Origin: Verrucomicrobiota bacterium
GTDB lineage: Bacteria > Verrucomicrobiota > Verrucomicrobiia > Methylacidiphilales > JBCBYL01
Assembly: GCA_039027415.1 (NCBI GenBank)
Contig: JBCCKL010000001.1
Location: 1 to 41,062 of the forward strand
Length of the DNA stretch: 41,062 nucleotides
Direction of reading: 5' to 3'
Shown here: piece after piece, positions 17,184 through 27,700 of the stretch
Position numbering within the stretch: position 1 is the first letter of the stretch
Layout of the letters: each line of letters opens with the position of its first letter
Made by a program: the position numbers and the translations under genes
Notes under the pieces: model-generated
Databases searched by the model: none
The model's input: the letters and a program-made list of their open reading frames with translations, nothing else
What the model was told of the DNA's origin: nothing

Positions 17184-20100
17184 ATGCCCCGCAAGAAGTC
17201 TAAACCTGCATCTTCCACCACTGCTTCACAGGCAATTACGGTTCGCGGAGCATCCCAGAACAACCTGAAGCAGCTGGATTTCGAGCTCCCGCTGGGCAAG
17301 TTCACCGTCGTCACCGGACCCAGTGGTTCTGGCAAATCGTCGCTCGCTTTCGACACCCTCTACGCGGAAGGTCAGCGGCGTTACGCGGAAACTTTCAGCC
17401 CCTACACCCGCCAGTTTCTCGAACGCATGGACAAGCCACGGGTTGATCGAATCGAAGGTATTCCTCCCGCCATCGCCTTAAGCCAGGCCAATTCCATCCG
17501 TACTTCCCGCAGCACGGTTGGAACTATGACAGAAATTGCTGATCACCTGAAGCTGCTAATGCCCCGTAAGGCCCGGCTTTTTCACCCTGACACCGGACGC
17601 GAAATCCGTCCCTGGCAGCCGGAAGAACTCGCCGAACATTTAATCGAAGCGTATTCCGACCAGCGCCTCCTCATCGGTGTCACTGTCGAATTCGCCCAAA
17701 AAACCAGCTGGGAAAGCATTACTGCCACTCTCAACAAACAAGGTATCACACGACATCTAATCACTGAAAAAATCCAGCGATTAGATGAATATTCGAAATC
17801 TGAAGCACGAAATCCGGAGTCCATTGATGCGATCATTACTCGATTAACCGCAGATTCAGCCACCAAATCCCGTCTCGCCGAATCCTTAGAAACCGCCTTC
17901 CATATCGGCGGCAACAACCTCTGGATTTTAATTGAGGGCAGTTTAACCAAGAACCAAAAAATCCGATTTTCAGCTTCCTGGACTTGCCCCGACACCGGTA
18001 AGACCTTCACCAAACCCACCACCGCCCTCTTCACCTTCAACAATCCCGTCGGTGCCTGCCCCAAATGTCGTGGTTTCGGCCGCACTGTCGATATCGATTA
18101 CGAACTCGCTCTGCCCGATCGCAACCTGAGTATTGCCGAAGGTGTGGTCAAACCGTTCCAGACCGAATCCAACGCGGCTTGCCAACAGGATCTGGAAGCC
18201 GGTTGCCGTCGCAAAAAAATTCCACTCACCGTTCCTTTCCATCAACTCAAAGCTGCCCAACAGAAATTCGTCATCGATGGTGAACCCGGCGAGGGCTATG
18301 AAGACCGCTGGTATGGCGTCAAAGGATTCTTCCGCTGGCTGGAATCCAAGACCTACAAAGTCCATGTCCGCGTGCTGCTGGCCCGCTATCGCGCCTATCG
18401 CGAATGTGATGCCTGTGGTGGCACTCGCTTTCAGCCGGAAGTACTCTACTGGCAACTGCAGGGCAAAAATCTGGCAGAAATCAACGCCCTCAGCTTGAGT
18501 CAACTCGAAACGTTTCTCGATTCCCTGAAGGCCGACGATAAGACCGAACTAATACTGCTGGATCAATGCCGCAGCCGTGTCCGCTTTCTCAACCAAGTCG
18601 GTCTGGGCTACCTGATGCTCAATCGTGCGGCACGAACCCTATCCGGCGGCGAAATCCAGCGGGTCAACCTTACCACCTGTCTCGGGTCCTCACTGGTCGG
18701 ATCACTCTTCGTGCTGGATGAACCCAGCATAGGCCTGCACCCGCGTGATACCTCCCAACTGATCGATACGCTGCGGGAGTTAACCGATCGCGGCAACACC
18801 ACGCTAGTGGTTGAACATGACGAACAATTCATGCGTGCGGCAGACAATATCCTAGAACTCGGTCCCGGTCGTGGTGAAGCCGGTGGCGATCTGGTTTATC
18901 TGGGGTCAGCCGACCAGCTACCCGCACAGAAAAAATCGCTTACTGGCGACTACTTAGCAGGTCGCAAAACAATCGAAGTTCCCAAGAAACGCCGCTCGAT
19001 TCCTGCCAAACATCCTCACCTCAATTTCAAAGGCGCCGTTAAAAACAACCTGCAGGGCATTGACGTTCAGATCCCGCTACGCCGCTTCAGCGCCATCACC
19101 GGAGTCAGCGGCTCCGGTAAAAGCACCCTACTACGTGATATAGTCTACAAGCAGTTGCGACATAAACTCAATCATCCGGTTGAAGACGCCGGCATCGTTA
19201 AGAGCCTGACCGGTTATCAGAATGTGCAGGAGGTTCACATCGTCGACCAGACCCCGCTGGCTAAAACACCGCGCTCGACTCCCGTCGTCTACATGGGCTG
19301 CTACGACTCCGTCCGCACTCTCTTCGCCCGAACCGATGAAGCTCAGAGTCGCGGCCTGCGACCGTCCAGTTTCTCATTTAACAGTGGTGATGGCCGTTGC
19401 ACCCGCTGCATGGGCACCGGCTTTGAAAAAGTCAGTATGCAGTTCCTTTCCGACCTCTATGTCACTTGTCCGGTATGTGAAGGCAAACGCTTCCAGAAAC
19501 ATGTACTGGAGGTTCAGTGGCGTGGGCACTCCATCTATGACGTGCTAGACATGACCATCGATGAAGCCCTCACGTTCTACAACGAAAGTCTAGATGAGCT
19601 GGATAAGACGGATCAAAAAGAAGTGCGTGCAATTATGGATTCGATTCAGATGTTGCAGGAAGTCGGCCTCGGTTACCTCAAACTCGGCCAACCCCTCACA
19701 CAACTCAGCGGCGGCGAAGCCCAGCGGATCAAACTCGTCTCACACCTTACTGCTGCTACCAGCAGTAGTAAATCCGAAACCCCAAATCCGAAATCCAAAA
19801 TAAAAGATGTCGTCCTGATTCTCGACGAGCCGACCACCGGCCTGCATTTCGACGATATCGCCATTCTAATTCGTGTACTCCAGTGCATCGTCAACAGTGG
19901 CATCACCTTGCTGGTCATTGAACACAACCTCGATCTAATCAAATGTGCCGACCATTTGATTGAACTTGGCCCGGAAGCCGGTGATGCCGGCGGCACCATC
20001 GTCACCACCGGAACTCCTGAGCAGGTGATCCAGCAAAAGAATAGTCATACCGCTACTTATTTGAAACCGTTGCTTTCTAATAGGAAATCCAAAGCACGAA

Positions 20101-22766
20101 ACAATAAATCCGAAAAGAACTCGCAGCGGAGCAAAAACATAAACCGAAACGGTGTCGTAAATGCACCAACCGGGAACTCGATACAGGTTTCCGGTGCAAA
20201 ACATCACAACCTCAAAAACATCAGCGTAGAAATCCCGCGGGATGAGATGGTAGTGGTTACCGGTCTTTCCGGGTCTGGCAAAAGCACACTGGCCTTCGAC
20301 CTCTTATTCTCTGAAGGCCAACGCCGCTATCTCGACTGTCTCAATACCTACGCTCGTCAGTTCGTCGAGCAGTTGGAGAAGCCGGAAGTGGATGCCATTA
20401 CCGGCCTACCGCCCACCGTGGCCATCGAACAGCGAACGACTCGCGGTGGTGCTAAGAGCACCGTTGCGACGGTTACCGAGCTCTATCATTTTCTGCGACT
20501 ACTCTACTCCAAAATTGGCGTCCAGCACGATCCGGACACCAACGAAGCTGCCGTGCAGCAGTCCGCCGAAGAGATTGGCGCCCGCATTCGTAAAGCCGTC
20601 AAAAAAGATGACCTCGCCCTCCTCGCCCCGCTGGTGCGTCAGCGCAAGGGTATATACAACGAGCTGGCCAAATGGGCGCAACGCAAAAACCTGCCATTTC
20701 TGCGGATTGACGGCCAATGGATCGATCCGTCCGAATTTAACCCACTCGACCGCTATAAGGAACACTCCATCGATGCCGTGCTAGGTAACCTGACCAAAGA
20801 TACCAAACAACTCGAAGTGCTCGTCAATCTCGCATTAGAGATGGGCAAAGGCACGCTGACCACAGTGGATAATCACAGTAATGAAACGCTCTACAGCACC
20901 GAACTCTTCTGCCCCGGGACCGGTCGCTCGTTTGAAGCACTTGATCCCCGCCTCTTCTCCTACAATAGCCCTTACGGTTGGTGTCCGACTTGTCATGGGT
21001 ACGGCACCATCGCCAAGGTATCCGTCGATCCCCATCTGACCGGTGCCGAGCGCGAAGCGGCACTGGAAGAAGCCCGCGAGCAATCTGACGAAATGACCGT
21101 TTGTCCGGACTGCAACGGTCAACGCCTGAATGAGGTCGCCCGTGCCGTCCACTTTGCTGGTCGCCCCATTACCGAATGGAATCACCTCTCCGTTAAAGAA
21201 TTCGCCCGTGCATTCAGCAAAGTGAAACTCAGTCCACGCCAACAGGAGATCGCTCGCGACATCCTGCCGGAAATTTCACAGCGTCTCAAATTTCTAGATC
21301 ATGTCGGCCTCGGTTACCTGCAGCTCGACCGCTCCGCCCCGACTCTCTCCGGCGGTGAAAGTCAACGTATCCGCCTCGCGGCTCAGCTCGGCTCCAACCT
21401 GCAGGGCGTGCTCTACATTCTGGATGAACCCACTATCGGACTCCACCCACGCGACAACCAGCAACTGTTGGAAATCCTCACCGCGCTAAAAAATAGGGGT
21501 AATTCACTCGTTGTCGTGGAACACGATGAAGACACGATGAAGCAGGCCGATCAGGTCATCGACCTTGGTCCCGGGGCTGGTGTGAATGGTGGCGAGCTTG
21601 TCGCACAAGGCAATTGGAAGACACTGACCAAAGGAAGAAGTAAAACTGCACAGCTGCTCGGTGAACCCATGCAGCACCCGTTGCACGGAAAGTGGCGTCC
21701 GGTTCCCCAATCTCACGCTTTCATCGAAATCACCGGAGCCTGCGCCAATAACCTGAAAGATCTCAACGTACGCATCCCCCGTAACCGCCTAGTCGCTTTC
21801 TCCGGCGTCAGCGGCTCCGGCAAAAGCACGTTGATGCATGAAGTGATACGACCGGCAGTCGAGAACACTGGGAATTCAAATTCTAAATCCCGAAATCCGA
21901 AAAATCGTAATAAACTATGGAACTCCGTCTCCGGCTCAGAAGGATTCTCTAGAATTTTGGAGATCGACCAGTCGCCGATTGGCAAGACCTCACGCTCTAC
22001 CGTTGCCACCTACATTGGGTTGATGGACCACCTGCGTATGCTCTTTGCTTCTCTGCCACTGGCCAAAGCCCGTGGTTTTGATAAATCCTACTTCTCGTAT
22101 AACGCCGGTAAAGGCCGCTGTCCGGAATGCATGGGACAGGGTTCCATTAAAGTTGAAATGAGCTTTCTCCCCTCCACCTATGTGCCGTGCGAACAATGTG
22201 AAGGACAGCGTTGGACCGATGCGGTGCTGGAAGTCAAATACCGCGACCACTCGATCTTCGATGTCATGAACCTGAGTGTCGACGAAGCACTCCCGTTCTT
22301 TGAAAATCAGCCCAAAGTCACCGTTCCGCTCAAGCTGCTCCAAGAAACCGGACTTGGCTATCTCAAGATCGGCCAGACCAGTCCGACATTAAGTGGAGGT
22401 GAAGCACAGCGCCTAAAACTCGTGGCTGAACTCGCAGTGGCTGAACAAGCTATGCAAAAACACTTGCTCAAATCATCCAATCCCAAAATGCCGGAAAACC
22501 TGTACTTACTGGAAGAACCCACTGTCGGCTTGCACCTGGCTGACGTTAGAAAACTGATCGAACTTATGCACCGACTGGTGGATGCCGGCCATAGCGTCAT
22601 CGTCATCGAACACCACCTGGATGTTCTCGCTGAAGCTGACTGGCTGCTCGATATCGGCCCCGAAGGTGGTCAAGGTGGTGGTCGCATCGTCGCTCAGGGA
22701 ACGGCACGCAAGATCAGCCAATCCAAGAAATCCCACACCGCCAAATTCCTTAAATCTTTACTGTAG
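17184..22766 (+). CDS. uvrA: Tandem-fused double UvrA-family protein (1,860 aa, two complete UvrA modules, four ABC ATPase sites)
   Basis: Uninterrupted ORF with four Walker A loops ([36 protein letters not shown]) and four LSGGE signatures. It also carries four Walker B motifs and the Zn2 and Zn3 Cys clusters in each half. Module A is 17184..20075 and module B is 20178..22766. Confidence 0.95.
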   Translation: MPRKKSKPASSTTASQAITVRGASQNNLKQLDFELPLGKFTVVTGPSGSGKSSLAFDTLYAEGQRRYAETFSPYTRQFLERMDKPRVDRIEGIPPAIALSQANSIRTSRSTVGTMTEIADHLKLLMPRKARLFHPDTGREIRPWQPEELAEHLIEAYSDQRLLIGVTVEFAQKTSWESITATLNKQGITRHLITEKIQRLDEYSKSEARNPESIDAIITRLTADSATKSRLAESLETAFHIGGNNLWILIEGSLTKNQKIRFSASWTCPDTGKTFTKPTTALFTFNNPVGACPKCRGFGRTVDIDYELALPDRNLSIAEGVVKPFQTESNAACQQDLEAGCRRKKIPLTVPFHQLKAAQQKFVIDGEPGEGYEDRWYGVKGFFRWLESKTYKVHVRVLLARYRAYRECDACGGTRFQPEVLYWQLQGKNLAEINALSLSQLETFLDSLKADDKTELILLDQCRSRVRFLNQVGLGYLMLNRAARTLSGGEIQRVNLTTCLGSSLVGSLFVLDEPSIGLHPRDTSQLIDTLRELTDRGNTTLVVEHDEQFMRAADNILELGPGRGEAGGDLVYLGSADQLPAQKKSLTGDYLAGRKTIEVPKKRRSIPAKHPHLNFKGAVKNNLQGIDVQIPLRRFSAITGVSGSGKSTLLRDIVYKQLRHKLNHPVEDAGIVKSLTGYQNVQEVHIVDQTPLAKTPRSTPVVYMGCYDSVRTLFARTDEAQSRGLRPSSFSFNSGDGRCTRCMGTGFEKVSMQFLSDLYVTCPVCEGKRFQKHVLEVQWRGHSIYDVLDMTIDEALTFYNESLDELDKTDQKEVRAIMDSIQMLQEVGLGYLKLGQPLTQLSGGEAQRIKLVSHLTAATSSSKSETPNPKSKIKDVVLILDEPTTGLHFDDIAILIRVLQCIVNSGITLLVIEHNLDLIKCADHLIELGPEAGDAGGTIVTTGTPEQVIQQKNSHTATYLKPLLSNRKSKARNNKSEKNSQRSKNINRNGVVNAPTGNSIQVSGAKHHNLKNISVEIPRDEMVVVTGLSGSGKSTLAFDLLFSEGQRRYLDCLNTYARQFVEQLEKPEVDAITGLPPTVAIEQRTTRGGAKSTVATVTELYHFLRLLYSKIGVQHDPDTNEAAVQQSAEEIGARIRKAVKKDDLALLAPLVRQRKGIYNELAKWAQRKNLPFLRIDGQWIDPSEFNPLDRYKEHSIDAVLGNLTKDTKQLEVLVNLALEMGKGTLTTVDNHSNETLYSTELFCPGTGRSFEALDPRLFSYNSPYGWCPTCHGYGTIAKVSVDPHLTGAEREAALEEAREQSDEMTVCPDCNGQRLNEVARAVHFAGRPITEWNHLSVKEFARAFSKVKLSPRQQEIARDILPEISQRLKFLDHVGLGYLQLDRSAPTLSGGESQRIRLAAQLGSNLQGVLYILDEPTIGLHPRDNQQLLEILTALKNRGNSLVVVEHDEDTMKQADQVIDLGPGAGVNGGELVAQGNWKTLTKGRSKTAQLLGEPMQHPLHGKWRPVPQSHAFIEITGACANNLKDLNVRIPRNRLVAFSGVSGSGKSTLMHEVIRPAVENTGNSNSKSRNPKNRNKLWNSVSGSEGFSRILEIDQSPIGKTSRSTVATYIGLMDHLRMLFASLPLAKARGFDKSYFSYNAGKGRCPECMGQGSIKVEMSFLPSTYVPCEQCEGQRWTDAVLEVKYRDHSIFDVMNLSVDEALPFFENQPKVTVPLKLLQETGLGYLKIGQTSPTLSGGEAQRLKLVAELAVAEQAMQKHLLKSSNPKMPENLYLLEEPTVGLHLADVRKLIELMHRLVDAGHSVIVIEHHLDVLAEADWLLDIGPEGGQGGGRIVAQGTARKISQSKKSHTAKFLKSLL
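20076..20177 (+). other. 34-aa low-complexity K/N/S/R-rich linker joining the two UvrA modules
   Basis: [34 protein letters not shown] lies between ...[11 protein letters not shown] and [15 protein letters not shown]... The first flank is homologous to the C-terminus of stand-alone UvrA; the second is homologous to the UvrA N-terminus YIEIKGARQHNL. Confidence 0.85.
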
Positions 22767-22933
22767 AATAGATGCTCTTATTGGAGAGGCCTAGCCAGTA
22801 TCAGTTGTTGCTCAGGGCTAAAGACTAGTCATTGGTAAGATCAACAATCACCCGAGAAATTTTCCATTCATTCGACTGTTATATGGAAAAAAATAATTTC
22901 TAGTTGTAGGTATTTAAAGCATACTTGATCCAT

Positions 22934-23335
22934 ATGCTTCTCTGGCTTCAACATAGCGACTTTAGTACGGATGATTATCAAGATGCGACTCTAGAAAGCG
23001 CCCTGGAAAAATTTGCTGCATTTGATTGGCCCGGAGAACTGAGTCAGATGGAGCAAGCAGAAAATCAACAGGAAGAATGCTGCGAACCCGGCATAGGCTT
23101 AGTCCGTGGCGATACACATATCCTGCACCTATGCCCGCATTCGGCAGAAAAGGGATCTGTATTCTACCACTATAAAAAACCAGCGAAGGTACTAGGCCTG
23201 ATCCCCTATCTCTCGAGTGAAGACCTGTATGCGATAGACTTCCCTTTACCTAAAACGCGCGAATTATTTGAAGCACACTTCTTAAACGACCATGCTAGAA
23301 CAATGGCTTTGCTGGAACCTTATGTGGCATCCTGA
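22934..23335 (+). CDS. Hypothetical protein (133-136 aa), no recognisable domain
   Basis: An ORF only. ATG 22934 sits within the track ORF that starts at TTG 22925. No motif recognised and no SD. It lies 47 nt upstream of hflX on the same strand. Confidence 0.45.
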   Translation: MLLWLQHSDFSTDDYQDATLESALEKFAAFDWPGELSQMEQAENQQEECCEPGIGLVRGDTHILHLCPHSAEKGSVFYHYKKPAKVLGLIPYLSSEDLYAIDFPLPKTRELFEAHFLNDHARTMALLEPYVAS

Positions 23336-23382
23336 ATTTTCGTTCGATTCTCTCGAATCCTTGGAGTAACCTTTCTGCCCTC

Positions 23383-24657
23383 GTGTTTGAAATTAAGGAA
23401 AAGCCTAAGATGGTGGAGCGTGCGCTTCTGGTCAGTGTGTATCAGGAAAAAGACGAACTACCGCAAGCCACCAGTCTACTGGAAGAGCTGGAGGAGCTGG
23501 TGTCAACCCTTGGGGTGCCCGTGCTGGCCACCCGTGTCCTACGCGTGCGCGAATTCAATGCGAAGCTATTGTTGAGTAAAGGCAAGGTCGAAGAAATTAT
23601 GAACGTAGTCCGGGAAATGAAACTCGACTGCATCATTTTTGATAACGAGCTCTCTCCCGCACAGCAACGCAACTGGGAAAATCACTCTAAAGTCTGTGTG
23701 ATCGACCGGCAGGAAGTGATCCTGGATATCTTTGGCCAGCGTGCCCAGACCCGAGAAGCACGCCTCCAGATTCAACTGGCCCGCATGGTCTATTCCCTGC
23801 CCCGTCTGACTCGGGCCTGGTCGCACCTGGGCCAGCAAGGCGGAGGAATCGGATCCCGCGGTGAAGGAGAAACGCAACTCGAACTGGACCGCCGAATGAT
23901 CAGAAAGCAAATTGATCGCCTCAAGGCCGATCTGGCCACCGTCCGCAAACAGCGCGAAACTATGCGCCACCAGCGCGTACGTGTTCCGGTCCCCCACGCA
24001 GCCATCGTCGGCTATACGAATGCCGGTAAATCCTCCCTGCTCAAAAACCTTACTGGTGCAGAAGTGCTCGTTGAGGATAAACTCTTTGCCACACTGGATA
24101 CGACTACCCGAAAGATTGAATTACCCAACAAGCAACGTCTATTGCTGACAGATACTGTTGGATTTGTACGTAAACTACCGCACCTGCTGGTAGAGGCCTT
24201 CAAAGCGACACTAGAGGAGGCTCTGACTGCAAATTTTCTTGTGCACGTCATCGATGCCTCTCAGCCGGATGTGAAAGAAATTTTTCAGACTACTATGGAC
24301 GTGCTGAAAGAACTCGGTGCGGATGAAAAGGAGATGGTGATCGTGCTCAATAAAGTCGATCTGATAAAAGAAGAGGCGCAAATCCAATCATTGCATTTTG
24401 ACTTCCCGGATGCGTGTTTTGTCTCGGTACATAGTGGCGAAGGGATTGAAAATTTCCTTGATGTGCTATCGGATATCCTCAGCCGCACCACCAGTATCCT
24501 GGACTACAGCATTCCACACGACCGAGGTGATCTTATCGCAAAATTACATGCGGATGCCAATGTGCTTTCACTGGATTACAACCATGATCATATCGCAGTG
24601 ACCGCTTCTGTACCTCAACGCATGCGCAGTGCCTTTGAAGCCTTCCTGTCCAAATAG
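23383..24657 (+). CDS. hflX: GTPase HflX
   Basis: N-terminal HflX domain (ERALLVSV...), a coiled linker, then the G domain: IVGYTNAGKSSLLKNLTG (G1), DTVGF (G3), NKVD (G4). The track start is GTG 23383. ATG 23410 (MVERALL..., AAGGA 10 nt upstream) is an equally plausible start. Confidence 0.95.
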   Translation: MFEIKEKPKMVERALLVSVYQEKDELPQATSLLEELEELVSTLGVPVLATRVLRVREFNAKLLLSKGKVEEIMNVVREMKLDCIIFDNELSPAQQRNWENHSKVCVIDRQEVILDIFGQRAQTREARLQIQLARMVYSLPRLTRAWSHLGQQGGGIGSRGEGETQLELDRRMIRKQIDRLKADLATVRKQRETMRHQRVRVPVPHAAIVGYTNAGKSSLLKNLTGAEVLVEDKLFATLDTTTRKIELPNKQRLLLTDTVGFVRKLPHLLVEAFKATLEEALTANFLVHVIDASQPDVKEIFQTTMDVLKELGADEKEMVIVLNKVDLIKEEAQIQSLHFDFPDACFVSVHSGEGIENFLDVLSDILSRTTSILDYSIPHDRGDLIAKLHADANVLSLDYNHDHIAVTASVPQRMRSAFEAFLSK

Positions 24658-24746
24658 TCAGTTTTCCAGCCTGGAGGTTTTGAGATAGTTTATCATTCGT
24701 TGCTGGATTCAGTTGCGCCTGTATCCTCAAAAACTACAATAACGCT

Positions 24747-27700
24747 ATGGGTAAACACCACATGCTGTGGATAGCTATCGCGAGCCTCCTGCTCAGCGTC
24801 AATGAAGGACTATTCGCTGTTACCACCTTCCCCTCCGAATCCACTACTCTTTACACCAATGAATCTGTTGTCATTCCATTCACGTTAGATAAAAAATCAG
24901 TTGAACGGCAGGAATGGAAAACCACCGTCTCACCCCCGGAGCTGGCACAAATTCTACAACCAGCTCAAGCCCTGCCTGGGCAGGCTATCGGCTACGTTCG
25001 TTTGCTGCCAAAGCAACCCGGTGAAGCCACGCTTCATGTAGCAGGTGGCAATCGACTCAAACTTAATATCCTTCCCAGTCCACCAGAAACTGCTCAGCTC
25101 AACTGGGTCAGTCCACTAGAGGGTGTCGCACTGGAAGGTGAAGTACAGGTCGGTATTGATCTCGTCCTCTCAAACTCGCGCAGTGAACTCTGGAAAAGCG
25201 CTCCACCTACTCTGCATATTGGCTCTGGAGAGGATGCTAGAGTCATCGAGGCCAGCCACACGCTAAAAGATCGTCTGCCCCGCAGTGTGCGCTACATCTA
25301 CCATGTCAACTGCAACGAATTAGCGTCCGGACTCCAGCCTCTCACCGCTCGCTGGTTACCGGAAGGCAAACCACACGAGTCGATCCAACGCGAAGTCTAT
25401 ATTTTTAATGCAACATCCACTCGCCAGCTGGTTTCTCATCAGGCCGAAGATTTACAGGAAGTTCGCGTCACTTATATCAATCGTGAAAAACCCCAACCCC
25501 TACCCAAGATCATCGAGGATGAAACAGCGCAGGAAGGAAAATATGCTTTGTTGCCCGGCAATGGGAACACCATCGCTTTCAGACTAAACGTCGAACATGG
25601 CGGACATTATCAGGTCTTTACCCGTGCTCGCGCCCCATTAGCCGGCGGTGCCCATGCCAGTATGGGTATCTATCTGAACGACAAGGATGAACCCCGCACC
25701 GTGACCCGCACACTTTCCGGCGAATGGCATCGTATTCCTGTCGGAAAACCTCTTTACATTGAAGCGGGCGAACACACTTGTTCACTCCGCTTCACCAACG
25801 ACTTCCGGGGCCCGAATAAAATCAACCGCGACTTGCACATTGACCAGCTCTCCATTCTCAAGATCCCATACGAAGCCCCCATTGCAAAACAGCAAGCCCG
25901 CACCTTGACCGTTGCCTTTCGCGATGTCATCGAAGGGAAAAATATTCAGGGACCATTCCGAGTGCGCGCACAGGCAGACTTCGAGGGCATGAAGAAGCAG
26001 AAAAAGGAGTATGTCTTCCCCGAAGTGTCACTTTGGATAAATGGCGAACGAGTACAGCACCAGGTTCACAGCCGCCCTAACTTCATGGTTCCGCCAAAAG
26101 CACTGCAAAGGGGCAAGAATCAACTGCAACTCAAAGCCAGCTTACAAGGACGCACCGTTGCTTCCAATATCCAGACCGTGGTGCTGGATCCGATGCAGCA
26201 AACCATCCGGGCGCAACCTCTGCGTGACATCGTCTTCACTTCTGCGGACGCAAACTGGGAAAATTCATCAGAGCAGCTCAAAGGTATCCGCAGCAAGCTC
26301 TACGGTGAACCAATCTTCGAATTCAAAAAGAACCATACTGCCACACTGAATTTGCCTCCTTCTCTAGAAGGAGAATACCGCATCTTTATCGCTGCCAGTT
26401 CCCAATACCATCAGGGTCACGCCCGCGCCGAGGTATCACTTCAGTCCGGTGATGTCAGTTCTCCGCTATCATCACTTGAAGTCCACTACCGTCGTGAATA
26501 CGAAATTGGCAAAGTAAAACTGGATGGCTCATCGGAAACGTCTACTCAGCTGCAGATTGCCTTCACCAACGAGCTTAGAAAGAATAAGAAACAGGGACGT
26601 GCCCTGCGCATTCATCACGTCCGACTAACACCCCATCGTGAGGATGTGGATACCACCGATCCGAGCATTGCCATCCAATATCCGCCAGCAAACCATAAGA
26701 TCTGGCGTGAGGATGCAGTCATTGCGGAAGTATTTGACCCCTCTGGCATTGAAAGCATCGAATTGCTCATCGACGGCGAGCGTAATATGCCGGCCTACCG
26801 ACCACAACAGCACTTGGGCCGCATCGTTCTGCCGGTCCTGGCCAAGGAAATGACAGCCGGTTCGCGGCAACTCTCTTTGAAACTGACTGACCGCAAAGGC
26901 AACGTCACCATGTCCGATCCAATCACCGTAGAAATCCTGGCCCGGGCTCCTGCCGAAGCCGGACACTACCACCGTGCGTTGCATCTTCTGAATCGGCTTG
27001 CGTACGGTCCCGAGCCGGACCAACTCTCGGCAATCCTCGTTGACGGAGAAGATGCGTGGCTAGAGCGGTCACTGGTGCAGCGGTCTTTGTCTAATGCAGA
27101 AAGCATTTCACATGAAATTTCTGGATTCCCCCGATTACCAGATAGCGATTACTGGGTGCCGCGTAAAGCACTGACACAGGCCACTCTTTCACAGAATCCC
27201 GTTAAAGAGCGCTTTAACTTCTGGGTGCAAAACCACTTCTCTACTTGGATTCGCAAATCCCGTGGTGACCAGAAAGTACGGGAACACCTCAAGTTCCATC
27301 ATGCCGGATTCGACCGCTTTAACCGCCTACTTAACATCTCCGCCCACAGCCCTGCTATGCTGGTTTATTTGGATCAGCAACGCAGCTTTGCCAAACGTAT
27401 TAACGAAAATTATGCGCGTGAGATTATGGAGCTCCACACCTTAAGTGTAGATGGAAGATATACTCAGCAGGACGTCACGACCCTCTCGCGAGTTTTGACC
27501 GGTTGGATGACTTCACAACAAGCGTACCCGGATGGTCGCAAAGGCAATCCAAAGATACACGAGTTCCAGTTTGAGCACCGTTTAAACGACCCTGCCCCGG
27601 CTCAAGTTGTCGGCCTTAACCTACCGGAAGCATCTGACAAGGACGCCGCTTACGACAGAATTCAGACCGTGCTGGAAACCCTCAGTCGCCATCCGGACAC

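Noticed and set aside
17970-18503. 177-aa antisense ORF inside the fused uvrA. Many similar ones occur elsewhere: 693..995, 1642..1959, 2290..2712, 17582..18085, 19673..20008, 20835..21242, 21990..22343, 23566..23997, 26625..27023, 35704..36075, 36823..37245.
   Set aside because: All lie fully inside, and antisense or out of frame to, long ORFs with unmistakable family motifs. Their translations are low-complexity (R/S/G/A-rich) with no motifs. These are typical shadow ORFs.
17184-22766. Alternative explanations for the double UvrA: a class II (DrrC/UvrA2-like) resistance paralogue, or an assembly artefact joining two genes
   Set aside because: Both halves retain the ~175-180 aa UvrB-binding-domain-length segment that class II proteins lack. 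The reading frame is continuous through a 34-aa linker with no stop, frameshift signature or intergenic-like sequence. An artefact cannot be formally excluded without resequencing.
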